Source: Octopus sinensis
Taxonomy: Eukaryota
Assembly (NCBI RefSeq): GCF_006345805.1
Contig: NC_043015.1
Location: forward strand, 33,542,001 to 33,606,000
DNA length: 64,000 nt
Direction of reading: 5' to 3'
Position 1 is the stretch's first letter; the number at the start of each line of letters is the position of its first letter. A program made the position numbers and the translations under genes. The notes beneath the pieces are model-generated. The model was not told the origin of the DNA, searched no databases, and saw nothing but the letters and a program-made list of their open reading frames with translations. This document shows positions 49,356-63,265 of the stretch, in pieces.

Positions 49356-51289
49356 TTAAGTAGTTGTCATGCCTAGTGCCCAACAAAGTGGCGACTGAGG
49401 TATCACAATTAAACTAACTTAACATGGATAATTCATCAATTTTACTTAAAAGATGGAATGCATAAGCTTTTAACAGTGATATGATTAAAAAAAATGAATT
49501 AAGACAAAAGCTGTAAATTTACTTTAAACATTGCAAGTTAATGACTTTCCTGTGCCTGATGTGATCTCATTTTATTTTAATAACCATTACTAGTTGACTA
49601 CTGAAAAGGTTGCAAGATGCAACAAAAATTTTAAGAAAATAAAAATAAGAAATAAGTGGAAATTTTACCAGGGCATGTGTTAAATTATAAGGCACAAAAA
49701 GAAAATGACTCTCCCCAGACACAACAGAATATGCTTCAACACACAAACTCACATAAAGAATCTTGCAAACCAAATCCCAAAATGAAACATTACTAGTTTT
49801 ATTATGTGTATTATAATTACTACCATAGGTAATTACTACTAAAAGATGGGGAATAGGCCTGGATATATATATATATATATAAATATATACATACATACAT
49901 ACAGTATAGGTGAAATTTAGTATGTTACTTAACCATCACCTAAAGTATGCCCAGCATGACAAAATTATATACACAAAGTAATGTGAAGACAGAGGAATTC
50001 TAAGCAATTTCTTCTATTATCGGACTATCATCAGTTAAGTACATAGAGTAAGCACTGCAGTTGCATATAATGTGAGTATATAAGGTTTGTGTATGTGTTT
50101 GTATATGGAGTCAGTGTGTGTATGGATGTGCATGCGTGTATATGTGTTATTGTGTACATGTGTGTATCTGGGGTGAATGAATGTGAATATGTGTATATAT
50201 TGTGGTGAATGTGTGATCATCATCATCATTTGACATCAGCTTTCCAAATTGGCATGAGATGGGCAAGGTTATAACGGTTGGACTCAGCATGTATCAGGAG
50301 GTACTGCAGAATGAGGTGGGTTTGGTGGGGGGGGAGGCATTTTGCTTGGCACGGAGGAGGTGGTGGCATGGATGTGTCAGTGGTGTTGGAAGCATTAGAG
50401 GTGTAATGATGACAATAATGATAAATGTTTCCCAGAAAATAGAAACAGTTTGATGGTGATCAGAGATCGACAAATAATTATAGAATAGAAAGGGGGGGGG
50501 GAGATAGTGGGGTAACACATACACTGAATGGGCAGCAGGTTGGAGGAGAGCAAAGGAGGGAGAAGAGAAGTGAGAGGAAGGGAAAGAGAAGTGGGATGAG
50601 TGGGTGGCTGACAGTTTGGTCTAACGAAATATTCTTTCATTTCCATTAGATCAGAATCTCAAATACTTGTTAGATAACTAAAGAGTTTAGTATGTTCATG
50701 TTAAGATCAATAAGTGATAGGGTGGAATCAGTGTCTGAGGAGATTCCATTAAGGGTGCAGGTGCAGTGGCTGAGTGGAGGGAGACAATCGGTTTGGATGT
50801 AATTCAATGACAAACATTGCATGTAAGCTTTGCACAAATTTCTCTCTTCAGGATGGGAGGAGAAAACATTGGTGAAATTGTTCCATAATTGGCAGAGAAT
50901 TCTAAGTTTGAAGGTTTAAGATCTGAACGCTTTCTGATTTACCCTCACTGCTCTTTATAATCAATAAATCAATCATGAAGCCAATACGGAAGAATTAAGA
51001 CCATAAAACATGTGATTGAAGGGTGAACACTCATGGACTGCACACATGTGAATGCACATGCACACACATACACACACACACACAGATATCCTCATCATCT
51101 GAAGTTGAAAGAAAAGCGAGAAATTAAGACGAAAATTAAGATGGCCAAATAAAGCTTTATAACGAGTCACATGATGGATATCTGCTTCAGATTCATAAAT
51201 GAAATAGAATACTATGAAGCGAAGGTCAAAATTTCATGAACAAATGGAGATACAATAACTGCAGTTGTTGAAGTGTAGATGGATAGTAA

Positions 51290-51780
51290 ATGCACGTGGC
51301 TTAGTGGTTTGGATATTCAGTTCACTATCATGAGGTATGGGTTCAATACCTGGTTGTGTCTTGAGCAAGACATTTTATTTCACATTGCTGGTAAAAGAGG
51401 TTAGCCTGGTCACATTGGGTCACATTGAATCTCTCTGAGCCCTATATTAACTCTCTAGCATTCCAAACCAGCCAGATCAGGCACAAGTTTTCTATCTCTT
51501 CGAAGTTCAAACTGGCCAGATTCAGCCTCTCATACATCCTAGAGTGTCACTCTAAAAAAATAAATAATCACATCACTGAAATGTCAAAGCTACCAATTAA
51601 GGCAGGATTCATTCCAAACATGGTGAACCAATAAGTAACACATTAGATAGAACTATCAGAATGCTAAGGCGTTAAGGGTATGCGTGTGTCTGTGGAGTGC
51701 TCATGAATTTCATGAGCAGGCTGTTCTGCTGAGTGGATCATCTGGAACCCTCATTGTTGTACCAGATGGAGTACCAGTTA
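51290..51780 (+). mobile_element. Family D SINE split by a family F MITE (51451-51671) at a duplicated TTAA
   Basis: SINE ..gagccctatattaa | MITE | ttaagggtatgcgtgtgtctgtggagtgctca..; TTAA on both sides (51447-50, 51672-75). Confidence 0.8.
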
Positions 51781-52449
51781 CGTGTGTACAGATGAATGAA
51801 GCAAGTACTTTTGTGCAACCATAAACTGACCAACATTACATATATTACTCACACATTGGGTTTTCAAGAGATGCAAACTTGTACATTGTTGTTATGCTTT
51901 AAAAAAAATATTCCTTCAGGTTATGAAAGTAATTCATGAAGATTTTGTTACATCTGTTATTGAATTACAGTTTATCAAAGTTAGAGAAACAGAATCACTG
52001 AAAGAAAAAACCATTTCCAAATGAATCAGATGTAAAAAACCAGAACAGAAGTGAGAAGACCTGTGTGGACAGATCAAAGTAAATTAAGCTGATGCATTTG
52101 GTCTTGGGATCATATACTATCAGAGGAAGTTTTACAAATTGTAGAAGGAATGTAAAACCATGTATTTCACCAAAATTGGAATTCTTTATTTTTTGCAGTG
52201 TTCCAAGACAGTTATGTTCTAAATATATATTGAAATATTTGAAAGAATCAAGAACGTAATGCTGGTTTTCTTCCATCTTCTATTAGCAAATGGCACAAAG
52301 TAAAAAGGAAAACCTTTAAAAATATACGAATAAAAAGGTTTACAAAATAAGAAAATTAAGAAAAAAACCTTCCATTTAATCTGATGTTATAAAGAATGGT
52401 TGGAAACAGAAGAGAATTAATAATAATAATAATAACAATTATTATTTCT

Positions 52450-52660
52450 ACTCTAGGCACAAGGCCTTAAAAATTTTGGGGGAAAGGGGGCTAGTCAATT
52501 ACATTGACCCCAGTGCACAACTGGTACTTATTTCATTGATTCTAAAAGGATGAAAGGCAAAGTTGACTTCGGCAGATTTGAACACAAAACATAGAACCAG
52601 AAGAAATGCCATGAGGCATTTCACTCAGCATGCTAACGATCCTGCCAGCTTGCCGCCATG
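52450..52660 (-). mobile_element. SINE family B
   Basis: Reverse match including tail and head. Confidence 0.8.
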
Positions 52661-52668
52661 ATGATGAT

Positions 52669-52699
<31 letters not shown>

Positions 52700-52879
52700 G
52701 TAAATATTTTTTCATTTGCCAGAGGGGTAATAATGGTAGTAGTAATAGTAGGAACAGCAACTTTGAAAATAAATTTAACTATCATGATTACTACAGTACT
52801 CATCCCTGCCACAGCCACTCCAACCACAGTATTTACAAACAAGAACAGTATTCCCTGCCATTAAAGCAACAGTACACTT

Positions 52880-53280
52880 AGTGGCTGTGTGGCAAGTAGC
52901 TTGCTTATGAACCACATGGTTCTAGGTTCAGTCCCACTGTGTGGCACCTTGGGCAAAGTTTTCTACCATAGCCTCAGCGGACCAAAGCCTTGTGAGTGGA
53001 TTTGGTAGAAAGAAACTGAAAGAAGCCCATCGTATATATGTGTGTATGTATATATATGTATGTATGTGTGTGTATATGTTTGTGTGTCTATGTTTGTTCT
53101 CCAAACATTACTTGACAACCGATGTTGGTGTGTTTAGGTCCCCATAACTTAGTGGTTTGGCAAAAGACTGATAGAATAAGTACTAGGCTTACAAAGAATA
53201 AGTCCTGGGGTCAATTTGCTCGACTAAAGGCGGTGCTCCAGCATGGCTACAGTCAAATGATTGAAACAAGTAAAAGAGTA
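52880..53280 (+). mobile_element. SINE family C
   Basis: Near full-length, colinear with 4503-4870. Confidence 0.85.
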
Positions 53281-53424
53281 AATGTTTGATACTTATTTTA
53301 GCACAGTCCGAGTTAGGCAGCAAGACGTTACATGGCTTAGAATGTCTAGAGAGTAATACAGTGTATATAATTAGACAAATAATACAGTGTATATATTATA
53401 CGACAACATACTACATATAGTAAG

Positions 53425-53640
53425 GTAACAGGCTGGCAGAATCATTAGCATGCCAGGCAAAATGCTTAGCAGCATTTTGCCTGTCTATGTTCTGAGTTCA
53501 AATTCTGCTGATGTCTAGTTTGCCTTTCACCCTTTCAGGGTTGATAAAATAAGCACCAGTTGAGCACTGGGGTCAATCTAATCAACCTATCTCTGCCCTG
53601 AAATTGCTGACCTTGTGCCAAAACTTGAAAGCAATATAGT
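53425..53640 (+). mobile_element. SINE family B
   Basis: Head ggctggcagaatcattagcatgccagg; core cctttcaggggttgataaaataag-type. Confidence 0.8.
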
Positions 53641-55920
53641 CATACACTGTGTATACAGCAATACACAGCCAAACACTGTATACACAGCAATGCACTTAAT
53701 ACAGACAAATACGCTCTATACAACAATATACTATATAAACAGCAATACTCTATATATGAAGTAGTACATGGTCCATATTAGACAGCTACAAGTTATCTAT
53801 AGTAATACACAGCACATACAGTGATATACTGTATATATTTGACAGTAGTATACTCTGTAGACAAAATTTCTCAGAGCAATTCAAACAATGAAGGTAACAA
53901 TGCAGTCTTGTTGAAAATATATTTCCAAGAATACATAAGAAAAATATATTTCCTCCACTGAACCAGGAAGAATTGATTTCAAAATTTACAGCTTTGGCTG
54001 TCATTTTTTAGATCTTTAACAAGTTTAAACAGGGAATATTCTTTTTTATTTTAATCTTGACATCAGCTTTTATTTATTTTTTTTTTTTAACCAAAATAAT
54101 AAACTTAATGTTTTACAGGATTTCCTCAAAATTCAAGAGAAATATTCTTTAGAAATAGCTGCTGCTAACAGAAAGTACTTTTCAGTCTAATGGCTTTTTT
54201 TTTCTTAGTTCGCTATTAGTGGAATTTCAGTTAAACATAGAAAAACAATAAAAAAATTTTTTTAAGTTTATACAGAAAGAAAAAGAACAATTCTCAAATG
54301 TGCTCTTTTACAGAACAAAATATATTAAACATTGTTTTTATTTTAGTTCAGGAGTCAAACCTTTTCATTTTAATTGAGGCCTCTTCTTTTTGTGGATGTT
54401 TCTCATAGCAGAAAATTTCAGTATTAAAATATTTATTTCTAAAACAGTTGTGACAAATCATTCATCTAAATTTTAAGGATCTTGTATAGGTTTTGTTGGT
54501 TTCCTCACTACCTTGAAGGCTCCTCAGGCATTAGCTTTGAAATGTCAGAAAGAAGAAAAGAAAGAAAATTGATTGAAAGAAGCAAAAGGAAAAACAACAA
54601 AAACACTACACTGAATCTATGAAAACGAGAGATATTGATCAGAAAAGACTGAAAAATCTTAGTAAAAATATAGAGTGAGAAACAGTGACTACAGAAGACA
54701 TACTTAACAAGAGACCTACTCAAGCTTAACGGAGTGGGCTTCACTATTCTTCCTGTATAAGAATACTGCTATCAGATTAAAGCAGCTTCAGAGCTACTTA
54801 CAAAAGCTAGTATCTCAGGCTACCTGAATGAAGCATGCTTCATTGCACATTTGTTGTTGAAGAATGTTATAAGTTCATGTTGCAATTCATTTATAGTTGA
54901 AATTAATACTTAATTTTAGTATTAAGTTCATTATACTCCCCCACCACCACCACCACCACTGCAGCTTTGTTATAACCCCCTCCTCACCTCAACAGCTGCA
55001 GCAAACTGGACAAGAAAAAAGTAACAACAAAAATCCTTGACCTAAATATAATTTCAATTATGAATTTTGCTTGATTAGAACAAGAGAGATAATGGTGGTG
55101 CTTTTAGCATTGTAAAACATTAAAGTTTACAGACAATTTAGAAATCTTTCATTAATGGAATGAATTTTCTCTGCCAAATCTAAACAATGTCCATAATGAA
55201 ATATGAATGAGAGCCTATATTGTCAGTAAGTTCTCATTCTACTTGAATTCTACCAACAATGTATGGCACAGACGTGAACAAACACACATAGGGGGGAATC
55301 TAAGAGAAAATCTAATTAAAAACAATCTAGAAGCAAATGCCGACATGTTTTGTGTATGGAATACAATAGGGAGGATTTAGGGAGATACTGAAGAATTTTA
55401 GGGTTTCTAAGACATCAATAAAATATCTGAGAAGAAAATGGTTGTGGCAAAGGAAGATGTCCACTGGATATTTTATGTGTGACGAATTTGATGTAGAATG
55501 GGCTGCTACAACAACCCCACCCCCAGTACACACATATAAATATACCAACAGACAGAGTATGAATCTAATGTCGAACTGGACCAAGGCAACTGGTGACCAG
55601 TGATCTGGGTCCAAGCTTGCATTGATATGATATATTACCATAAAAGGCAGCTAAACAGAAGACACTTTATATATAACAAGGGAAGTTCTATTTACTACAG
55701 TTGACCTTATAATGAAAAGTAGTCCAGAGGGGAGACCTTATCTCGAAAGAATCAAAGAGAATTTTGTGAAGAAGCACAGCAAGACATTAAATAAATGTTA
55801 TATCAAAACATATTCAATGAAAATTTAGAAAAAGGAAGTTAATTTTAAAATATCATTTGATATATTTTAAATTTAACAGCCAAGAGAAATTGATAGCTAG
55901 ATAAAAGTCAGCCACAAATT

Positions 55921-55951
<31 letters not shown>

Positions 55952-56234
55952 CATTCCACAAATGAACAAAGATTGGAATAATATTCCTTTGCTTTCAAAA
56001 CAAGAATTTAAAGAAAGACAACTTTATGGCTGAGGCACAATTTCCCCACACAGTGTTGATATTAATGAATGAGGACAGTATTGGTAGAGTATCAGTGGGG
56101 TGGATGGTAGAACTGGTCGAGCATCAGAGAAACAATACCAGGCACTTTTCAGTTACCCATTCTATTTTCCAGTACTTCTAGAGACAACAACACCCACCTC
56201 CCATCATTGTTAACATTATCAATCTTTTATCTTT

Positions 56235-56490
56235 TATTTGTTTCGGTCATTAAACTGTGGCCATGCTGGGGCACTGCCTTGAAGAAAGTTTAGTCAAATG
56301 AATCAACTCCAGTAGTTTCTTTCTTTTTTAAAGCTTGGTACTTATTTCATTGATCTCTTTTGCCGAACTGCTAAGCTACTAAATCCACTTACAACACTTT
56401 GATTGGCCTCAGGCTATAGTAGACGACATTGACCCAAGGTTCCTCGAAGTGTGACTGAACCCAGAACCATGTGGTTGGGAAGTAAGCTTT
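56235..56490 (-). mobile_element. SINE family C, followed by an RTE 3' fragment (about 56495-56670) and another family C head (about 56730-56880)
   Basis: Reverse matches to family C and family A blocks. Confidence 0.7.
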
Positions 56491-56693
56491 GCATGGGTCA
56501 GATGGAATTTACTGAGGAAGATTTCCTACAGTTGAATGCCTTCCTTGAGACCAAGTACCACCTGTTTCCAAGTAAGGTGATATTTCTGGCCCGACAGGTT
56601 TTCATGGAGGATTAGAAATGAATGACACTGCTTATAGTGATATACCTTTACAGCTGCACTGCATGATTAAGACACACACAAATGTATGTGCAT

Positions 56694-56734
<41 letters not shown>

Positions 56735-57718
56735 CTTAATCACACCAGGCTTTTAGTTCCTGTCAACCAAATCCACTCCCGATGCTTTTGTTGGCTTGGG
56801 TACAAAGTGGAAGACACTTGCCTGAACCTAAAACTCTGTGGATGGAAAACAAACCTCTCAATCACAAAGCCATGCCTGTGCCTCCTGAGTCAATGAAGTA
56901 AAGTACCAGTAATATGCTGGAGACCAACCTTCAACCACCGTCCTTGCTACTTAGCCCTATGCTAATGCGTAGTTGAAAATGTTGAGATTTTCAAGTGCTA
57001 AATGTGCAACCCTGTTGAAGCCATTTCCCCTCACTTGCATTGCAATTATTCTTTGGAAAGCCATGAATACACAAACATTCCTCTTCTCTTTAGGTTTTGG
57101 GCTGACATAAGAAATGATATAACAACATTGTCCTTCTGTGAATGTATGAAAACCTAACCAAAATCACCACAAAAACATTTGGCGAGATTTGCTGCATCAG
57201 AATGGTAGATTAACCCCTGTTGGCATAAAAAAAATGATAAAGTTGGGGTACGAGAACAAGGCAGAGTGATGATGATAAGAGAGGAAAAGCAGGCAACAGT
57301 TTAGCAGAAAGAACTGGTGCTTCCGTTCCAACAGAATGTCAGTTTAAATGAAGAAGAAATATAAATATAAAAACATTTTTAACATATTCAGGAGCTTTGG
57401 AATTGTATGTTTTAAGTGTTCGTGCAGTGTTCCATTTAACAAGGCACCTCCCCCTCATGCACCGACTGTTGTCAATACTCACTGCTGCACGCCTATTCCA
57501 GAATCTATGCAGATTTCTTTCAGAGGAGAAGGGGAATAACACACACACACACACACCGCAAAACAAAAAACGCACAAACATGCACATATACGTTCATACA
57601 TAGACATTCGACATTAATGGAATTGTCCTGTAAGTACACCGGGGAATAACGGAGGCAGTTGGAAACGTAATTCTTTAAAAACCTAACAGTAAAGAATCGT
57701 TGTTATTCTTTTCGACAG

Positions 57719-57748
57719 CCCTTTGGTAAATTTGGTATGTTTCAGCAG
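57719..57748 (+). other. Candidate 30-nt micro-exon
   Basis: Acceptor gttgttattcttttcgacag| and donor CAG|gtaaga. Two frames open (PFGKFGMFQQ or PLVNLVCFS). Lies in unique, CpG-retaining sequence. Confidence 0.35.
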
Positions 57749-58313
57749 GTAAGACGGAGGAAAATAAAACGAAAAAAAAACAACAAATATAGCAAATACA
57801 AAAATCTAAACTTATTGTAGTTAATTGTTCTTGCAAACACAATAACAGAGAATGGTATGAATCAATTTAGATATTTCAAGACTTTCACCAATATCGAAAT
57901 TTAGCTGAGAAGGAATAGATATATATGCATGTGGAGATGTGTGTATGTATGTATGTATGTATATATACATACATATACACATCCCCACAGACATATACAC
58001 ATCTCCCTACCCACACACATGACCATAGTCAAGTGAATGAAACAAAAGAATACATACACACACAAGTGTATATACATTCATATATACAAACCCCTACATA
58101 TATAGACACACAACTACACACACATTATATATATATACATAGATACATATGCACACATATATATACACAAACATACAAACACACCTATATGTATACCTAC
58201 ATATACATACCCACATATATACACACACACACATATATATATATACATACCTACATATATAAACACACACACACCTACATATATATATATATATATATAT
58301 ATATAAACACACA

Positions 58314-58400
<87 letters not shown>

Positions 58401-58452
58401 TATACATACCAACATATATATATACATATATACACACATACATGCTTACACA

Positions 58453-59010
58453 CATCATCATCATCATCGTTTAACGTCCACTTTCCATGCTGGCATGGGT
58501 TGGACGATTTGACTGTGGGCTGGTGAACCAGATGGCTGCACCAGGCTCCAATCTGATCTGGCAGTGTTTTTACAGCTGGATGCCCTTCCGTATGCCAACC
58601 ACTCAGAGTGTAGTGGGTGCTTTTACGTGGTACTGGCAACAGCCATGCTCGAAATGGTGTTTTTTACGTGCCAACTACACAGTAGCCAGTATAGTGGCAC
58701 TTGCAATGACCTCACCCGAATATTTTTAATGTCCAACCGGCCCAAGTGCCAGTAAGGTGACGTTGGTAATGATTTCGCTCGAATGGTGCTTTTTACACGC
58801 CACCAGCACGGAAGCCAGTCAGATGCTCTGGCAATGATAACACTCAGATGGTGTTCTTAGCGTTCCACTAGCACGGATGCCAGTCATCAAATTTGATTTT
58901 GATTTCGATTTCACTTCCTTCAACAGGTCTTCGCAAGCAGAATTTAGTGTCCAATGAAGGAAAGGTATGCACAAGTGGGCTGGTTACATCCCTGGAATAT
59001 ACCATGGGTT
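58453..59010 (-). mobile_element. RTE LINE 3' UTR copy (family A)
   Basis: catcatcatcgtttaacgtccactttccatgctggcatgggttggacg..; degenerate repeats; ..caacaggtcttcgcaag..gtccaatgaaggaaaggtatgcacaagtgggctgg block shared with other copies. Confidence 0.85.
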
Positions 59011-59129
59011 ATGGTCTTCATTTCTTGCAAGCTTATGAATGTCCTCAGCAGTCACGGCCCATGTTTCACTACCATGTAGCATGGCTGTTTCTACACATGC
59101 ATCATACAGTCTACCATTTACTCTGAGTG

Positions 59130-59383
59130 AGAGTGCCTATGTAGGTGGCATGTAAAAAACACCATTTGAGCATGGCTATAGCCAGTACTACCTGACTGGG
59201 TCTCGTGCCGGTGGCACGTAAAAGCACCCACTACACTCTCGGAGTGGTTGGCATTAGGAAGGGCATCCAGCTGTAGAAACACTGCCAGATCAGATTGGAG
59301 CCTGGTACAGCCATCTGGCTCAACAGTCTTCAGTCAAACTGTCCAACCCATGCCAGCATGGAAAACAGATGTTAAATGATGAT
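59130..59383 (+). mobile_element. RTE LINE 3' end (family A), inverted relative to 58453-59010
   Basis: ..cccactacactctcggagtggttggcattaggaagggcatccagctg..ccaacccatgccagcatggaaaacagatgttaaatgatgat. Confidence 0.85.
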
Positions 59384-59487
59384 AAACACATATACATACC
59401 TACAGACACACACATATATATATATACATACCTACACACACACTCACCTATATATATATATACATACCTACACACACACTCACCTAT

Positions 59488-59537
<50 letters not shown>

Positions 59538-59573
59538 TATGTATATACATACATACCTACACACACACGCATA

Positions 59574-59634
<61 letters not shown>

Positions 59635-59647
59635 GGCACACACATAT

Positions 59648-59679
<32 letters not shown>

Positions 59680-61839
59680 GAAATAAATAACATGCTTTCC
59701 ATGAATTAAAAAAAAAAGGTAACAAGAAAAAATGCAATCTATCCCAGTGAATCAGTAAGGTATTTCCAATAGGTATAAAAGGTTTCTGTTACTGGGAATG
59801 ATTCTGAAAATAGATTCCTTGAAACCAAGTCTTGTTAATTGGAGATGGAATTTCCAATAACAGTTACTGTACAACAGGATTCATGGACACTATCAACAGG
59901 TAAATAGTTATAGTGAAAGATAATCCTTTCATGGTATATTTAGCTTTTCTTGACCAATTATACCCCTATTTTTCAGTGAGTTGATGGACCCTTAAAATGT
60001 TTTTTACCTATTTGCATGTTTTATTCATTTATTTATTTTGCAGAAAAGTGTTGCAATATTCTAAAATTTAAAGTGGGTGAGAGATGCCCCCAAAGGACCA
60101 CCTGTCCCAGGCTTTACCTTTGAGAGAATGAGACCCCAATGCAAAAAGCTAATGAATCACTGGCCAATCACAATGTGTCCCTTTTCTTCACAGAGAGGCC
60201 TGTATCCCCTCATGGTACTTCTTTGCAGCTAGAAGGACTGTGTGTAACACTATGGGATTTACATTGTACCAATTCACTTAGATGTATCATGTACAGGTAC
60301 CAAACCAAGTGGGAATGATGTTAGCTGGAATACACCTGCTGACTATCCAGGGGACATACATCTTTCATTCATTTGAATATAGAACAGTGGACATTCAAAA
60401 CCTTCCAAAACTGGAAATATTCACAGGTTCGACATTTCATCTCTGCAATAAAACTGAAACTATGAAAGTTGCATCAACAGATTTTCATTTCTGTCTGCCA
60501 CAGACATGTTTACCTCAAACTAGCTAAGAGTCATAGGAAGGAATAAGAAAAAAACGAAAAAGCTGGGCCTTACAAATACACTAGAAGGGCTGTAAACTGA
60601 GCCTTACAGCTACACTATGGCCTAAAGCTTAATATTAACCATAAACTTAGAATATATCATAAGAATATCCATAGAAGTTAGCTTCCATTGGCAATATTGA
60701 TGAGGTTATGATCAACAGACCAAATAACCAGATGGTATAGAAGACAAAGAGAGGACAAATAGAGAAGATGATATGAGTACAGAGACGAAGAAGAAAGAGA
60801 AGTGTGCATGTGAGAGAGAGAGAGAGACTAAGATGTGTGTGAGACAGAGAGAGATACAGAAAGACTAAGATGTGTGAGAGAGAGACGTGGTTTGAAGAAA
60901 GTGTTTGGCTTAGATATCTAAGTGTGTGTGAGTATAACTGTCCAAATAGTAAAATTACATGGAACTATATTGATTTCCAGCAGAGAAAAGGCATCCATCA
61001 GTAGAAATCATGTTCTATCAGTGAGGTGAGAAGATCAGAATGACGTTTCATTGGAGAAGGTGGGTGGAGAAGGTGGGGGGGAAAGAACATGCAAAAACAT
61101 GGAGAGAGGGAAATTATGAGAAGAAAAATCAAAATCTATATTTACAATAAATTGTGTGTGTGCATATATATATATATACATATATATAGTTGTGTCTATG
61201 TGTGTGTGTGTGGTGTGTTGATAAACAGTAAGAAAATGACATAAACAGCAAAAAATGTCTCTGAATGTGTCTCAGAAGAAATGAACAAAAAGCTGAAATG
61301 GAGCATCGGCAGAACAAAGACCTTGATTATTCCAAAAACTGTTTGTTGTTTCACCATTTTTACCACAATTCTATAAGATAAAAAGAACACAGACTCACCT
61401 CCACCCCAAACACACAATTTAACAAATTTTTACACAGAAGAATCCAGAATTTTTCCATCAAGACTATTTTCCTCATCTTGTTTTCACTGAGTCTCAAATT
61501 ACTAAAATACTCTGGTGAGGTTTTACAGAGGAGGAGGAGGAGGGAGTCTGAAGAGCACATTTTCATCTTTGTTGTTTAGTTTGAGATTTTACTTCTTTTA
61601 TTCTTATTCTTCTGATAATCTGATTTCGTTAGATGCAAGAAGTGACACTGACCGAAACTCAGAGTGCTTTAATCTGCTTAAATGTGTTTGACAGATTGGT
61701 CATCTGACAGGTTTATATCATTTTCAATGAATGCAAATGTCTAGCACAGAATCAAAAGCAACAACAACAACAACAGCACCACTACCACTGAAATTAATAA
61801 TACCACCAACTGCATGTAATAATGCCAACAACAGTAATA

Positions 61840-62175
61840 GATCTACTTAGATATGACATGCCAGGGACACGTAAAAGGCACTCATGCTGCTGACATGTTA
61901 GAGGCACCCATGCTGGTGACACGTTAGAGGCACTCGTGCCAGTGACACATAAAAGGCACCTGTGCTGGTGATACATTAAAGGCACCCATGCCAGTGTCAT
62001 GCTTACAGCACCCAGTACACTTTATGGAATGGTTGCTGTCAGGAAGGGCATCCAGCCATAGAACCCAAGTAAAGACAGACTGGAACCGGGTGCAAGCTCT
62101 CTGGCTTACAAGTTCCAGTCAAGCTATCTGACCCCATGCCAGCATGGACAACTGGCACTAAATGATGACGACGAT
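61840..62175 (+). mobile_element. Decayed RTE 3' end (family A) with about 30-bp degenerate repeats
   Basis: Repeated ggcacccatgctggtgacac..aaa units, then gaagggcatccagcc..cccatgccagcatggac..taaatgatgacgacgat. Confidence 0.75.
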
Positions 62176-63169
62176 CAGGAATTAACAATACCAATAACAC
62201 CATTACTAATACCAACAATACCTTAATAACACAACCATCATCGCCAACAACACCACCACTACCACCATCACCAACAGCAATAATATGACCAACAACACCA
62301 TTACTACACCATAAATAATCAACACAAACAATAACAGAAACAACAATAGCAACAACACCACTACCAGCAACAACAAAGCAATGCAGACAATAAAGATAAT
62401 GAAAGTTGATGGAATTTTTTGAGTTGAGAAAATGTGATTAGAAAACTATGAGATTAATCAAAGATGGTTGCAATTGTTGAATGGAGAATGTAACAGCATC
62501 GTTTGTTGCAACTGTGTATCTGCACATTGAGTCTTTTTACTCTGCTAGCTTCATCATGCAGCAGAGCCAATCACAATAAAGTGCACATAATCTACCGCAC
62601 ACTAATTAGATGTAATTATATAGTAAATGTGCAGATGCATATCTGCAACATATTGCATCAAAGATTTGAGTAGGTCTGCGGTGTTTTTAGATGTGGCAAT
62701 ATCACAGAGTTGATTGATAGTTTCAGAATATATAAACACAAACACATATAAGATATACAGATATGCACTTAATATACACACACACACATGTCAACTGCAA
62801 GACAATGCAGCGGTACCACCAACTGCACCACCCACAAATTTCAATGGTATGGTCATGTGATGTTAGTGAAAGGAAGTGAAGAGAGGTTGGTGGTTGCGTT
62901 ATGGACATGTGATGGTAACTAGTGTAGAGGTAGGTGATGGCAGTACGGACCAGTAACAGTAGTGAATGGTAGCTAGAGCAGAGCTTGGTCAGTGAAGACT
63001 AACTGTTTGCTATGTTAAAACTAACAGACAATCGAGAGAAGGAAAGAAAGATGGCTTTGGAAATTGTTCCAATTAATGCCATCAAAGAAAAACAAACCAA
63101 AAAGCATGTTGGATGATACTAATGATGATAGTAATGACAGCACAAATCACAAATGCAGAGGAACATACG

Positions 63170-63265
63170 CACATACATACATACATACATACATACACAT
63201 ACATACATACATACATACATACATACATACACATACATACATACATACATACATACATACATACA
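63170..63265. repeat. (ACAT)n tetranucleotide microsatellite, interrupted
   Basis: Direct reading. Confidence 0.95.

Noticed and set aside
60240-60527. Reeler-like WNTPADYPGDI peptide and 81-aa ORF
   Set aside because: Frame bounded by nearby stops, no splice sites, no further domain motifs.
61360-61566. Minus-strand LRR-like LRLSENKMRKI with GTGAGT donor
   Set aside because: Single short motif, no acceptor identified, flanked by simple repeats; likely chance.
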